Shown one piece after another: positions 9,071-18,578 of a stretch of 64,000 nucleotides of DNA; position 1 is the first letter of the stretch, and each line of letters starts with the position of its first letter. Both the position numbers and the translations under genes were made by a program. The notes under the pieces are model-generated. The model saw only the letters and a list, made by a program, of their open reading frames with translations, did no database searches and was not told the origin of the DNA. The stretch is from Candidatus Latescibacterota bacterium (lineage in GTDB: Bacteria > Latescibacterota > UBA2968 > GCA-2709665): assembly GCA_963667175.2 (NCBI GenBank), contig CAXXXF010000003.1:352001-416000 (forward strand). The letters run 5' to 3'.

Positions 9071-11035
9071 CTACGGTCCCAACTTGATCACGCCGCAACC
9101 AATTCTTGCTCCCGCGTTTCCCGAAGGTTGCGAGACGAAGTCATCCGGCCCCGCGTGGACGACGATCGCCTTTCCGACAACGTCGATATCCGAACCTGTG
9201 TTCATCTCCCAGAGATTGGTCGTCAGCTGGAGTCTGCCGGCGCCTTGCTCGCTGGCGGTCAGATTGCCGATGTCACCAAGATGAAACTCGCCTTCTCCCC
9301 ATTTTCCGTGGGCTACGCCGGTGGGATTCCAATGCCCGCCGGCCGACGTCCCGTCCGGCGCGCTGCAATCGCCTTTCTCGTGGATGTGCACCGCGTGTTG
9401 GCCTGCGGACGCGTTGTTGAGTTCGACGACGAAAGTGATATCGTCGCCGGTCCGGGTGAACACCGCCTTACCGGTCAGGCCGCTTGCGTTCGACTCGCCA
9501 ATTATCGCGGTCGCCTGTTCAGCCGTTCCGGCATCGTAAACCTCAAGTTTGCCATCCTTGACAATCAGGACAGACGGATTGTAGACCCCGTCTCCATTGG
9601 CGTCAAAAGAGAACGAGCCCAGCACCGTATCCAAATTCCTGGTTTTGGCCAGTGCGTCTCGAATCGCGCGTGAATCAGAGGACTGCGCATCGGCCAGGGC
9701 CTGCGCCAGGATTTGCACGGTGGCATAGGACTGAGCGGCAAAGACGTTCGGCTCTACGCCATATTTCGCCATGTAATTCCTCACAAACGCGCGATTGCCG
9801 GGCGTGTCAGCCGTACTGCTCCAGGCCGTAAAGGCAATCACACCCTCGGCTGCGTCGCCCGCGCGTTTTATTTCGTCAACGGTCAGCACCAGGTTGGCGA
9901 GGAAGCGAACCTCAGAGGGAATACCTAGTTGCCGAGCCTGAATCAGGAGTTCAGTCATTTCGATAGCCTGAGACGAGATAAATATGGCATCAGGATTCAA
10001 GGATCCGAGGCGTTGGAGTTGCGAAGAAAAATCAGTATCGCCGGATTGGAAGGTCTCGGTGCCGAGGACTTCGATTCCATTGTCGCTAAGGGCATCTTGC
10101 AGCACCGCTTCGCTACTCCGAGAAAAGAGGTCGGCTTGATCGAATATAGTGGCCACCCGCCGATAGCCGAGTTTCTCGCTGGTTATCTTAACGCCACCGG
10201 GGATGAGCCGATCCACCGTAAGGCTGGCACGGAAGATAAAATCGCCAATCGCGCTGAGGCCGCGCGCGGCAGAAGTCGGACCGATCGCCACGACCTCATT
10301 CGCCTGTGCGATGGGGAAAGCCTCTTTGGCAATGGTTGAGGTGCGTGGTCCGATGATGGCGGGTACGCGGTATCGACGAATCAGTCTGTTAAAGGCGTCG
10401 ACGGCGCCCTCTGGCGTGCTTCGGCTGTCTTCAACGATGAATCTGATTCTGGCGCTGCCGAGCAGGGCAGAACGGTTGATTTCATCGAGAGCGAGTTCAG
10501 CGGCATTTTTCAGCGCTGGATTGCTCGAACTGAGACGCCCGGTCAGATGCGGGACCAATCCAATGGGAATTTCACCGCCAAGACCCGTGAGCTGGTACTC
10601 TCCGGTGACCTGTGCCTTCCCCCTGATGGGCAGGTCAATCAGGGAACGGTAACCACCGTTGATCGGGATACTTGACCAGCGGCCGATCCTCGTCCCATTC
10701 AGGAACGCGCGCGCCCGATAGTAACCCGTCGCGGAACCGGCGATTTCAATCCTCACCTGACCTCCGCTATCGGTCACCCCCGACCATTGAAAGTTCGGGG
10801 CCCGGCCTGAGACAGCCCGCGAGAATTCGACCGTCGCGCCGTCTACGGGCGCGTCCTCCCGTAACACGGTCGCCACCACAATTGCCCGGGTCCCGTCACC
10901 GACGGCGACCTTACTCAGGACCGGCGGATTCTGTTCGCCGGACCCGGACGACGTCGTTATACGTTCGCCGCCGCAACCGCACACGATACCCGTTACGAGC
11001 GTCAGGACGACGATACCGCGAATTCCGTTTGGCAT
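9071..11035 (-). CDS. Lipoprotein: Ig-like domain + Leu/Ile/Val-type ABC substrate-binding domain + C-terminal Cu/Zn superoxide dismutase
   Basis: Lipobox VCGC; IPIGLV.HLTG..AELALDEIN..VEDSRS..AIIGP..DFSSQL (periplasmic binding protein type 1); HAVHIHEKGDCS..SAGGHWNP..HG..HLGDIGNL..VVHAGPDD..GNAGARIGCGVI (SodC). Confidence 0.9.
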   Translation of the reverse strand: MPNGIRGIVVLTLVTGIVCGCGGERITTSSGSGEQNPPVLSKVAVGDGTRAIVVATVLREDAPVDGATVEFSRAVSGRAPNFQWSGVTDSGGQVRIEIAGSATGYYRARAFLNGTRIGRWSSIPINGGYRSLIDLPIRGKAQVTGEYQLTGLGGEIPIGLVPHLTGRLSSSNPALKNAAELALDEINRSALLGSARIRFIVEDSRSTPEGAVDAFNRLIRRYRVPAIIGPRTSTIAKEAFPIAQANEVVAIGPTSAARGLSAIGDFIFRASLTVDRLIPGGVKITSEKLGYRRVATIFDQADLFSRSSEAVLQDALSDNGIEVLGTETFQSGDTDFSSQLQRLGSLNPDAIFISSQAIEMTELLIQARQLGIPSEVRFLANLVLTVDEIKRAGDAAEGVIAFTAWSSTADTPGNRAFVRNYMAKYGVEPNVFAAQSYATVQILAQALADAQSSDSRAIRDALAKTRNLDTVLGSFSFDANGDGVYNPSVLIVKDGKLEVYDAGTAEQATAIIGESNASGLTGKAVFTRTGDDITFVVELNNASAGQHAVHIHEKGDCSAPDGTSAGGHWNPTGVAHGKWGEGEFHLGDIGNLTASEQGAGRLQLTTNLWEMNTGSDIDVVGKAIVVHAGPDDFVSQPSGNAGARIGCGVIKLGP

Positions 11036-11155
11036 GGACGTCTCCTCCCTGTAGAGTGGTCTCGGTTTTTGATCGTTGGACGTTCAGGGGAGACGCCAAG
11101 AGCGGGAATCCCCGTCACAACGATCCGCTTGTGTTCTATCCCGAAAACACCTGAG

Positions 11156-11281
11156 CGTTCTTCAGGCACTCATATTCTCTCCGTCTCCCCGCCTTTCGGG
11201 TGTTTCCGGGTTTCCACTGTGTCTCCGTGTGGGCTGATTCTTGTTTCTGGCTGACTGCTGAACGCCAATAGCTGACAGCTG
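11156..11281. repeat. Mosaic intergenic repeat (modules B+C)
   Basis: 11190-11281 is an inverted diverged copy of 17251-17350; CGTTCTTCAGGCACT also occurs at 44583 and, with variants, at 53555. Confidence 0.65.
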
Positions 11282-11884
11282 TTATTCGATTATTTTCACC
11301 ATATCGATGAGGTCGCAGGTTTCCCCGGAATCCATCAAGACCCAATGCGGCCGGCGGCCGGATTCGACGTAGCCGACTTTGCGGTAGACGTGGACCGCGG
11401 AGACATTGGCGGACCAGACGGTGAGGTACAGCCGGCGCGCGCCGATCCGCCGGGATTCCTTCTCCAGCGCGCCCATCAGGCGGGCGCCGATGCCGAGGCC
11501 TTGGGCGCGGGCAATCAGCGCCAGGCCGATCGTGCAGTAGTCGTGGCCGCTCTTCTGCGTGAATCCCTCGCCCAGCAGGACGCCTTCCTGTTCGACCAGG
11601 AGGGTACTCGACCGGAGCTGCTTCAGGCCGACCAGGGCCTGCGAGAGTTCCCGGCCCCCGGAATCGGCGTCGAGTTCAAGACGCCTGCACATGACTTTCT
11701 CACGCGTGAGCGTGCGGTGCACGTCGATGAATGCGTCCAGATCCCGCCAGCACGGGTACCGGAAACGGGTCTCCGTACCTTCAATCAGGAAAGAATCAAT
11801 GATGCGGCCTTCTTGCATGGCTGGCGTCCGGGACGTCGTCACAGGAATTGTCACAGGGGGAATCGCCAGACCAAAATAACCCAT
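11282..11884 (-). CDS. GNAT-family N-acetyltransferase
   Basis: AQGLGIGARLM acetyl-CoA motif; LTVWSAN.SA..VYRKVGY; start may be 11818. Confidence 0.85.
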   Translation of the reverse strand: MGYFGLAIPPVTIPVTTSRTPAMQEGRIIDSFLIEGTETRFRYPCWRDLDAFIDVHRTLTREKVMCRRLELDADSGGRELSQALVGLKQLRSSTLLVEQEGVLLGEGFTQKSGHDYCTIGLALIARAQGLGIGARLMGALEKESRRIGARRLYLTVWSANVSAVHVYRKVGYVESGRRPHWVLMDSGETCDLIDMVKIIE

Positions 11885-11937
11885 TCGTGGCGCCTGCGCA
11901 AGCCCCGCGGGACCTGTGTAAAAGTTCGTTTTAGGGC

Positions 11938-11966
11938 TTGACGCGTCTGTTTTCGGGTGTTAAAAT
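11938..11966 (+). promoter_or_regulatory. Sigma-70-like promoter for the 12021-17243 cluster
   Basis: TTGACG-17 nt-TAAAAT with an extended -10 TG. Confidence 0.6.
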
Positions 11967-12020
11967 GCACTTCTACCGGAACCATGGCGGTGTCCGCTTT
12001 TCGGAGAAAGGGATCTGTGA

Positions 12021-13064
12021 ATGAAGACCTATCGTGTTGCAATTGTCGGACTGGGACGCATGGGCAGTACCATCGACGAGGAAGTCGTGGGCTATCCGTC
12101 CATCACGTTGCCATATTCGGTCGCCGCGTCGTGCGTGGCGAGCGAGCGATTGGAGTTGGCGGCGGGTTCCGACCTTCTGGAAGTGAAGCGGCGGGCGTTC
12201 GGCGAGAAGTGGGGCGTGGAGGCGTTATACCAAGACTATCTCGAGATGATCGAAAAGGAAAGGCCGGACGTCGTGGCGGTGTGCACGAAGGGGGTCCTGC
12301 ACGCCGAGATGGGGGTGGCGGTCGCCCGGGCCGGAGTGCCGATGCTTTACCTCGAGAAGGCAATGGCGTGCTCCATGGAGGAAGCCGACGCGGTCCGGGA
12401 CGCCTGCAGGGAACACGGCACGGTCTTCAATACGGGCGTCCTGCGGCGGTTCGACAATCGTTACCATGCGGCCAGAGCGCTGATCGCACAGGGCGAAATC
12501 GGCAAGGTCAACGTGGCGCTCCACTTTGCCCGTTCGAATCTTCTGCACGGTCATGTTCATTCGATGGACACACTTTCCTATCTGCTTGGCGATCCGAAAA
12601 TCGCGGGGGTGCGGGGAGAGCTTCTTCCTGATGACCTGGCGATAGAGAACAACCGCCTGGACGACGATCCGCTTTCGAGGTATCACCTGGAATTCGAAGA
12701 CGGGGTGGAGGCCTGGACCATCCCGGCGGGCCACTGGGAATTCGAGGTGATGGGCAGCGAGGGAGCGATCCGATCGCGGAACAATGGGGTAGGATGGGAA
12801 TTGCGCAAGACCGAACCCGATCCGGAACATCGTCCGTCCGTGGAAGCGGCCGCGTTTCCGGAGGTGGAACCGCGAAGCGCCGTGGTCGCGTGTCTGGAGG
12901 ACCTGGTGGCCGCCCACGAGTCGGGAGAGCCCTCGTTGGGCAACGTGGAGGTCACGCACCACGTTACGGAAGCGTGTTTCGCCGTGGCCGAGAGCCACCG
13001 CCGCAGCGGGGCGCGGGTGGCGCCGACGGAAGTGGATCGAGGTCTGTATATTTTTCATGTATGA
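12021..13064 (+). CDS. Gfo/Idh/MocA-family oxidoreductase
   Basis: YRVAIVGLGRMG Rossmann motif; PDVVAVCT..H; LEKAMA. Confidence 0.9.
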   Translation: MKTYRVAIVGLGRMGSTIDEEVVGYPSITLPYSVAASCVASERLELAAGSDLLEVKRRAFGEKWGVEALYQDYLEMIEKERPDVVAVCTKGVLHAEMGVAVARAGVPMLYLEKAMACSMEEADAVRDACREHGTVFNTGVLRRFDNRYHAARALIAQGEIGKVNVALHFARSNLLHGHVHSMDTLSYLLGDPKIAGVRGELLPDDLAIENNRLDDDPLSRYHLEFEDGVEAWTIPAGHWEFEVMGSEGAIRSRNNGVGWELRKTEPDPEHRPSVEAAAFPEVEPRSAVVACLEDLVAAHESGEPSLGNVEVTHHVTEACFAVAESHRRSGARVAPTEVDRGLYIFHV

Positions 13065-13098
13065 GGGGCGCGCCGCGCCGATACCGGAACGAGGGTCT

Positions 13099-14226
13099 AT
13101 GACGATAGCGCCGTTGATTTCACCGGATGAATTCGTGGGACTCGAAGGGATTACCCATCTCTGTACGGGAGGAGAGAGCCCGTGGCTGAAGGCGCAGCAG
13201 ACGGTCTACAGCGAGTTTGCGCGTCTGAAAGGCGGAGGATACGACGGGCGGGGCGAGATTTATGAGATCGGAGACCGGTGCCGCGGCCGCCTGAGCGAAT
13301 TGTGGGGCGTGCCGTCGGAGCGGATCGCGTTCATGCCGTCCGCGGCGGAGGGAATCAACTGGCTGGCGCGGGGGCTGGACTGGCGGGACGGGGATAACGT
13401 GGTGACGACGAACCTGGAGTTCCCGTCGGTCGCGTACGCCTGGAAGCAGTTGGACCGCCTGGGTGTGGAGGTGCGGATGGTGCCGCACCGCGACTGGTTT
13501 GTCCACGAGTCCGACCTGTTGGCGGCCGTGGATTCGCGCACCCGGGTCCTGGCCGTGAGCCAGGTGAGTTTCTATACGGGACAGAATCTGGATATTGAGC
13601 GGCTTTCCGAGGGAACGCGGGGCAGAGGCGTGCTGCTTGCCGCGGACGTGACGCACGCATCCGGCGTGGTTGGGGTAAACGCCGGAATAACGGATATGAC
13701 CGTGAGCAGTTGCTACAAGTGGATGCTGGCGACGCATGGCGTAGCGCCGTGTTATCTGAGCGAGCGGGCCGAGGATCAGATAGGCACGACGTGCTATGGC
13801 TGGAGGAATCTGGCGGTGTGGCCCGCCCAGCGCGCCGAGCGCCATCCCGAAGTGGACGAAAAACCGATGCCGGACCGCATGGAGCCTGGAAATCCGGCCA
13901 TGATGGTTGTGATGCACCTGGACAAGGCGCTGGAGGTGTTGACGTCGGTCGGCATCGATCGGATCGATACCCATGCGCGGGACATGTCGGAGCAGGTCAG
14001 CGCGGGGCTCGAGCGGCTCGGCCTTCCGGTGATCAGCCCGAAGGAACGCAAGGCGCGGTCCGGAAACACGTGCTTTGCGGTCGACGACGCCAAGGAGTTG
14101 GAGATGCGGCTGGCGTCGCACGGGGTGCTGTGCTGGGGCGAATACGGGCGCCTGCGGGTATCCACGCACTTGTACAACGGCAGCGCGGACGTCGACAGAC
14201 TGCTGGAAGTCCTCGGGCGACTGTGA
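13099..14226 (+). CDS. Aminotransferase class V / cysteine desulfurase-like PLP enzyme
   Basis: EFPSV, VSQVSFYTG, DVTHASG, SSCYKWML (PLP lysine), LRVSTHLYN. Confidence 0.88.
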   Translation: MTIAPLISPDEFVGLEGITHLCTGGESPWLKAQQTVYSEFARLKGGGYDGRGEIYEIGDRCRGRLSELWGVPSERIAFMPSAAEGINWLARGLDWRDGDNVVTTNLEFPSVAYAWKQLDRLGVEVRMVPHRDWFVHESDLLAAVDSRTRVLAVSQVSFYTGQNLDIERLSEGTRGRGVLLAADVTHASGVVGVNAGITDMTVSSCYKWMLATHGVAPCYLSERAEDQIGTTCYGWRNLAVWPAQRAERHPEVDEKPMPDRMEPGNPAMMVVMHLDKALEVLTSVGIDRIDTHARDMSEQVSAGLERLGLPVISPKERKARSGNTCFAVDDAKELEMRLASHGVLCWGEYGRLRVSTHLYNGSADVDRLLEVLGRL

Positions 14227-14281
14227 GTCGGGCACGGCCCCCGGGCGCGCGGCGGTCGGGTTTTCCGAAGGAGAACGACAG

Positions 14282-15112
14282 ATGATGAAACTGGGCTGTA
14301 TGTCGCTGAGTTACAAGGACCGGTTCGGGGCCGGAACGATGGACCTGGAGGGGTTTATCGACCGGGCGTACGAACTGAGGCTGGACGGGATCGACGTTCA
14401 TACGCGGGCGTTTGCGTCCACGGAGCCGGCATATCTTCGGGAAATCCGGATGCGATGCCTGAAGCGGGGGCTGGCGATTTCCTATATAGGCGTGAGCAAC
14501 GATTTCGGCAGGCCGGAGCCAGAGCTCGCCGGCGCGGTAGCAGAGGTGAAGGAGTGGGTGGACGTGGCGGCCTTTATGGGGATACCTATGGTGCGGATTT
14601 TCGCCGCGTGGGTGCGCGGCGGCGCGACCGAGGAGGAGGTGTGGGCGCGGATGATGCCGTGTATGAAAGAGGTCGCTGCCTACGGCGAAGAGAAGGGTGT
14701 CGTGCTGGGTCTGCACAACCACAACCACGGATGCGTCACCCGCACGGGAAAGGACGTGCGTCGCATCATCGAGACCGTGGACAACCCGTATCTTTCGCAT
14801 ATCCTGGATACCGGTCAGTACGTCGGGTCGCCCGGCGCGAGCGGCGCGAACGGCAGGGAGGACCCCGCGCTGGACTTTTATGGAAGCATCGCCGAGACGG
14901 CGCCGCTGGCCGTGCACGTGCGCGCGAAGATTTACAGGATTCAGACCGGGGAGGAGGCCTGGCTGGACTACCCCCGTATCTTCGAGATCCTCAGGGGCGT
15001 GGATTTTAACGGCTGGGTTTCAGTGGTCTATGAAGGGCAGGCCGTGGAGGCGGAGGAGACGGCGGTTCCGAAAGCGGTGGACTATCTCAGGCGGTTTGTC
15101 CCGGGAGGATAG
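14282..15112 (+). CDS. Sugar phosphate isomerase/epimerase (xylose-isomerase-like TIM barrel)
   Basis: GVVLGLHNHNH, ILDTG, HVRAK, LDYPRI...VSVVYEG; GGAG RBS. Confidence 0.85.
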   Translation: MMKLGCMSLSYKDRFGAGTMDLEGFIDRAYELRLDGIDVHTRAFASTEPAYLREIRMRCLKRGLAISYIGVSNDFGRPEPELAGAVAEVKEWVDVAAFMGIPMVRIFAAWVRGGATEEEVWARMMPCMKEVAAYGEEKGVVLGLHNHNHGCVTRTGKDVRRIIETVDNPYLSHILDTGQYVGSPGASGANGREDPALDFYGSIAETAPLAVHVRAKIYRIQTGEEAWLDYPRIFEILRGVDFNGWVSVVYEGQAVEAEETAVPKAVDYLRRFVPGG

Positions 15113-15209
15113 TGCTCTCAGATTCCGATCAGCCGCGGGCGCGACGTCGAGACAGCGGGGATGACCGGGCCATCGACGAAACGCCGGATCAGTCAGGGGG
15201 ACCGGGGCA

Positions 15210-17243
15210 ATGGCCCAGGCGCGTTCAACGGATCATCGGAACCGTTCGGAAGACCCCATGTCCGCCTGCCTGCCGCGCAGGGCTTGGCGCAGGCAGGCGC
15301 GGGGCGGCATCACCGCGCGGTCTGTGGTTCTGGGCCTGTTGACGGCGGCCGCGTCGGCCTATTACGGGATTGCCGGCTCGATGGTGCTGCACGTGGGGTC
15401 GCTGGTCAAGTCGAACTTCCCCGTGTCCCTGATTCTGGTGTTTACAATCTGGGTGATCATCAATATGGTGATCGCCCGGATTGCGCCTCGCAGCGTGCTT
15501 TCCCGCACGGAGATGATGGTCATCTTCGCGATGACGTGGATCGCGGGAATGATGCCCGGGGTGGGATGGACGGGGTATATGACGGGGGCGCTGCCCGCGC
15601 CGCACTTCTTCGCGACCCCGGAGAATCGCTGGGCGGAACTGTTCCTCGACGAGTTGCCGCACTGGGCGTTTCCCGAGCCCGTACCGGAAATTGTGGACCG
15701 GTTCTATTTCGGGTTGCGCAAGGGGGAGTCCGTTCCGTGGTCCGGGTGGCTCGCGCCGGTGGGCTGGTGGCTGGCGGGCAGCCTCGCCATGGTGGGCGTG
15801 GCTTTTTTCGTAACGACGATCTTTCATCGCCAGTGGACCGACGCCGAGCGGCTGACCTATCCGCTGGTCAGTTTTCCCACGGACCTGACCGAAGGGATCG
15901 GGCGCGGTCGCTGCATTCCCGCGCTCTTCCGGTCTCCGGTGTTCTGGCTGGGCTTTGCCTGGACCGCCGGGATCATCTGCTGGAATATCATCACGTTCTG
16001 GTACCCGCAGGCGCCGCGCGTCACGCTGTTCGATTCGGTGAATACCAAATGGATGGTGGTGGCCCAGAATTTCCCGAGGGTCTACTATCGGATTCTGCCG
16101 CTCGTGATCGGTCTGGGCTATCTGTGCCGCCTCGATCTGCTGTTCAGTTTCTGGTTCATGGGCCTGCTGGCGGTGGTGAAGGTGGGCGTGATGAACCGGA
16201 CCGGATTCACCGTGGGTATGGCGGGGCAGCCCTCCACGGGCAATGAAATCGTCAATCTGGAAAGCCATGGCGCAATGACGGTCCTGGTGGTGTGGTCGCT
16301 CTGGATGGCCAGGCGGCACCTCGTCTACGTGTGGAAGAAGGCCTGGGAAGGCGGCGGCGAGGGCGAGGGGCCGGTGTCCTATCGGACCGCGGTGGCCGGG
16401 CTCCTGGTCTGCGCGAGTTTCGTCTGCGGATTCTTCATGGCCGTGGGCCTCTCGTTCAGCCTTGCCCTGGGGCAGATGACGTTGATGTTCATCGCGTATT
16501 TCACGGTGGCGAAATACATGGCGGCGACGGGGTTCGGGTATCTCGTGCCCGTGGGCGGCAAGGGCGGCTGGTGGCTGAAGTCCGTCACCGGCACGGCGAC
16601 GATGGATACCCGCAACCTGGTGGGGTTGGGGCTTCTGAACAGCAGCGTCTTTTTCGGAGGGGGAAGGCTGCAGACGATTCAGATGCTGCCGCACCACCTG
16701 AAGGCGATGGACCATCTGAAAGCCCGCCGGGGATGGATCGGCGGGACGGTTTTTGTCGGATTCGTGGTCAGTTTCCTGGTTTGCGTGGGCTTCATTGTGT
16801 ATTACTGCTATACGGAGTCCGCGCTGTTCCTGCGGTCGTGGACGCTATGGGAGGGGCCGCACGGCATATTCAACGGTCTGGCAACGTCCATCGGCGAAAC
16901 GGACAGGACCGTATTCGACTCGCAAAAGCTGGGGGTCTGGCTGTTCGGCGCGGCCGAGGCGGGCCTGCTCGCGCTGCTGCGTACCTGGTTCCCGTGGTGG
17001 CCGCTCCATCCGCTGGGCCTCGCGTTCCAGTATACGACGGGTCCCAGATACTATGTGTTGAGCATTATGCTCGTGTGGGCCGCCAAGCTGTTGATCGTGC
17101 ATTACGGCGGGCCCAGGCTGTATGAGAAGGCCAAGCCGTTCTTCTACGGGACGGTGATCGGGTATTGCGCTGGCATCGGCATCGCGCAGGTGGTCGACCT
17201 GATCTGGTTTCCCGGCCATGGACACGGATTTCATAATTATTGA
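15210..17243 (+). CDS. Polytopic membrane protein, DUF6785/DUF6784-like (putative OPT-related transporter)
   Basis: Many TM segments; ATPENRW, RQWTDAERLTYPL, WWPLHPLG, YEKAKPFFYG; start may be 15258. Confidence 0.75.
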   Translation: MAQARSTDHRNRSEDPMSACLPRRAWRRQARGGITARSVVLGLLTAAASAYYGIAGSMVLHVGSLVKSNFPVSLILVFTIWVIINMVIARIAPRSVLSRTEMMVIFAMTWIAGMMPGVGWTGYMTGALPAPHFFATPENRWAELFLDELPHWAFPEPVPEIVDRFYFGLRKGESVPWSGWLAPVGWWLAGSLAMVGVAFFVTTIFHRQWTDAERLTYPLVSFPTDLTEGIGRGRCIPALFRSPVFWLGFAWTAGIICWNIITFWYPQAPRVTLFDSVNTKWMVVAQNFPRVYYRILPLVIGLGYLCRLDLLFSFWFMGLLAVVKVGVMNRTGFTVGMAGQPSTGNEIVNLESHGAMTVLVVWSLWMARRHLVYVWKKAWEGGGEGEGPVSYRTAVAGLLVCASFVCGFFMAVGLSFSLALGQMTLMFIAYFTVAKYMAATGFGYLVPVGGKGGWWLKSVTGTATMDTRNLVGLGLLNSSVFFGGGRLQTIQMLPHHLKAMDHLKARRGWIGGTVFVGFVVSFLVCVGFIVYYCYTESALFLRSWTLWEGPHGIFNGLATSIGETDRTVFDSQKLGVWLFGAAEAGLLALLRTWFPWWPLHPLGLAFQYTTGPRYYVLSIMLVWAAKLLIVHYGGPRLYEKAKPFFYGTVIGYCAGIGIAQVVDLIWFPGHGHGFHNY

Positions 17244-17250
17244 AAAAAGG

Positions 17251-17374
17251 CAGCAGTTGGCTATCAGCTATCAGCGGTCAGCGTGAACAAAAAATCAGCT
17301 CACACGAAGACACAAAGACACAAAGGAAATCCGGAAACACGCGAAAAGCAGGCAATCACGAGGGTTGCCCCTAC
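17251..17374. repeat. Mosaic intergenic repeat (module C) ending in a GTAG-type REP palindrome
   Basis: Heptamers (gctatca/gcggtca), acacgaagacacaaagacacaaag, and GGCAATCACGAGGGTTGCCCCTAC at 17351-17374. Confidence 0.65.
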
Positions 17375-17457
17375 AAACCAGGATTTAACGATCAGCCGTA
17401 AGATGAGACCGGCTCGCGAAACGGGTTTCTGATTGGCAACCGGGTGGAGGATGACAG

Positions 17458-18432
17458 ATGAAGGTCTTGTACCTGAACGTACCGGATATGCTCCAACCGT
17501 GGTACGACGATTTCAGGACTGAGGTCGGAGGCGACCATACGGTCTGCCTGTACGATCCCGCCAAACCCATGTCGCCGCAGTTTCAGGACGTGGAGGTCGT
17601 GGTGGACCAGGGGGGATCGGTGGGCACTCGAGCCCTGATCGACGCCGCGCTGGCCTCGCGCGTAAAGCTCTGGCAGGTGCTGGGCACGGGGGTGGACCAC
17701 GTTGACGTGGCGTATTTTCTGCAAAATGGCCTCACGCTTGCCAATACGCCCGGCCCGTTCAGCGCGGTGGCGCTGGCGGAGCACGCGATGTTCCTGATGC
17801 TCTACTTCGCGAAGCGGTTCGACGAGCACGTGCGAAATATCCGGCAGAAGGTGTTCTACTTTCCGTTGAGCGAGGAGCTGGCGGGGAAGACGCTCGGTCT
17901 CGTCGGGTTGGGCGCGAGCGGACAGGCGCTGGCCGCAAGGGCGAAAGCGATGGGGATGCGCATCGCTGCCGTGGACGCAATGGATATCCCGCGGGAAAGG
18001 CTGGAGGACCTGGGCGTGGAGGTGTTTGCGCCGCGCTCGGAACTGCATACGGTACTCGCGCAGGCCGACTACGTGTCGCTCCACGTGCCGCTGACGTCGC
18101 AGACGCGCCACATGATCGACAGCCAGGCGCTGGCGGCGATGAAATCCACGGCGGTGCTGATCAATGTGGCAAGAGGGGAAGTCGCGGATGAGGCCGCGCT
18201 GCTCGAGGCGTTGAGGAGCAGGCGCATCCGGGGCGCCGGACTGGACGTGTTCGCGGAAGAGCCGCTTCCCCCCGACCATCCGTTCCTGCAACTGCCCAAC
18301 GTCGTCGCAACCCCCCATACCGCCGGCCAGACGTACGGAACGTCGAAGCGGCGGGGAGAGGCCTGCGCGGAGAACGTGAAGCGAGTCGCGCAGGGGTTGG
18401 AGCCGCTGCACCGGATTACCGGGGTGGGCTGA
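17458..18432 (+). CDS. D-isomer-specific 2-hydroxyacid dehydrogenase
   Basis: GTGVDHVD, GKTLGLVGLGASG, LHVPLT, LINVARG, GLDVF.EEP, TPHTAG. Confidence 0.92.
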   Translation: MKVLYLNVPDMLQPWYDDFRTEVGGDHTVCLYDPAKPMSPQFQDVEVVVDQGGSVGTRALIDAALASRVKLWQVLGTGVDHVDVAYFLQNGLTLANTPGPFSAVALAEHAMFLMLYFAKRFDEHVRNIRQKVFYFPLSEELAGKTLGLVGLGASGQALAARAKAMGMRIAAVDAMDIPRERLEDLGVEVFAPRSELHTVLAQADYVSLHVPLTSQTRHMIDSQALAAMKSTAVLINVARGEVADEAALLEALRSRRIRGAGLDVFAEEPLPPDHPFLQLPNVVATPHTAGQTYGTSKRRGEACAENVKRVAQGLEPLHRITGVG

Positions 18433-18512
18433 GGTCCGCGCGCAGGATGTAGACACCGGTACGCGACTGTAATCACAGTCAACCGGACCGCCCAGTACTT
18501 ATACAAATACAC

Positions 18513-18540
18513 TTGACAAACAGTACAGCCTTGTTGTAAT
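18513..18540 (+). promoter_or_regulatory. Sigma-70-like promoter for the TA pair
   Basis: TTGACA-16 nt-TGTAAT with an extended -10 TG. Confidence 0.45.
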
Positions 18541-18578
18541 TTTTCGAATGTTGCGAAAAAGACAACCAAGGGGGAAGT

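Noticed and set aside
17251-17330. Short tandem repeats as a possible CRISPR array
   Set aside because: 7-9-nt degenerate units without unique spacers; no cas genes
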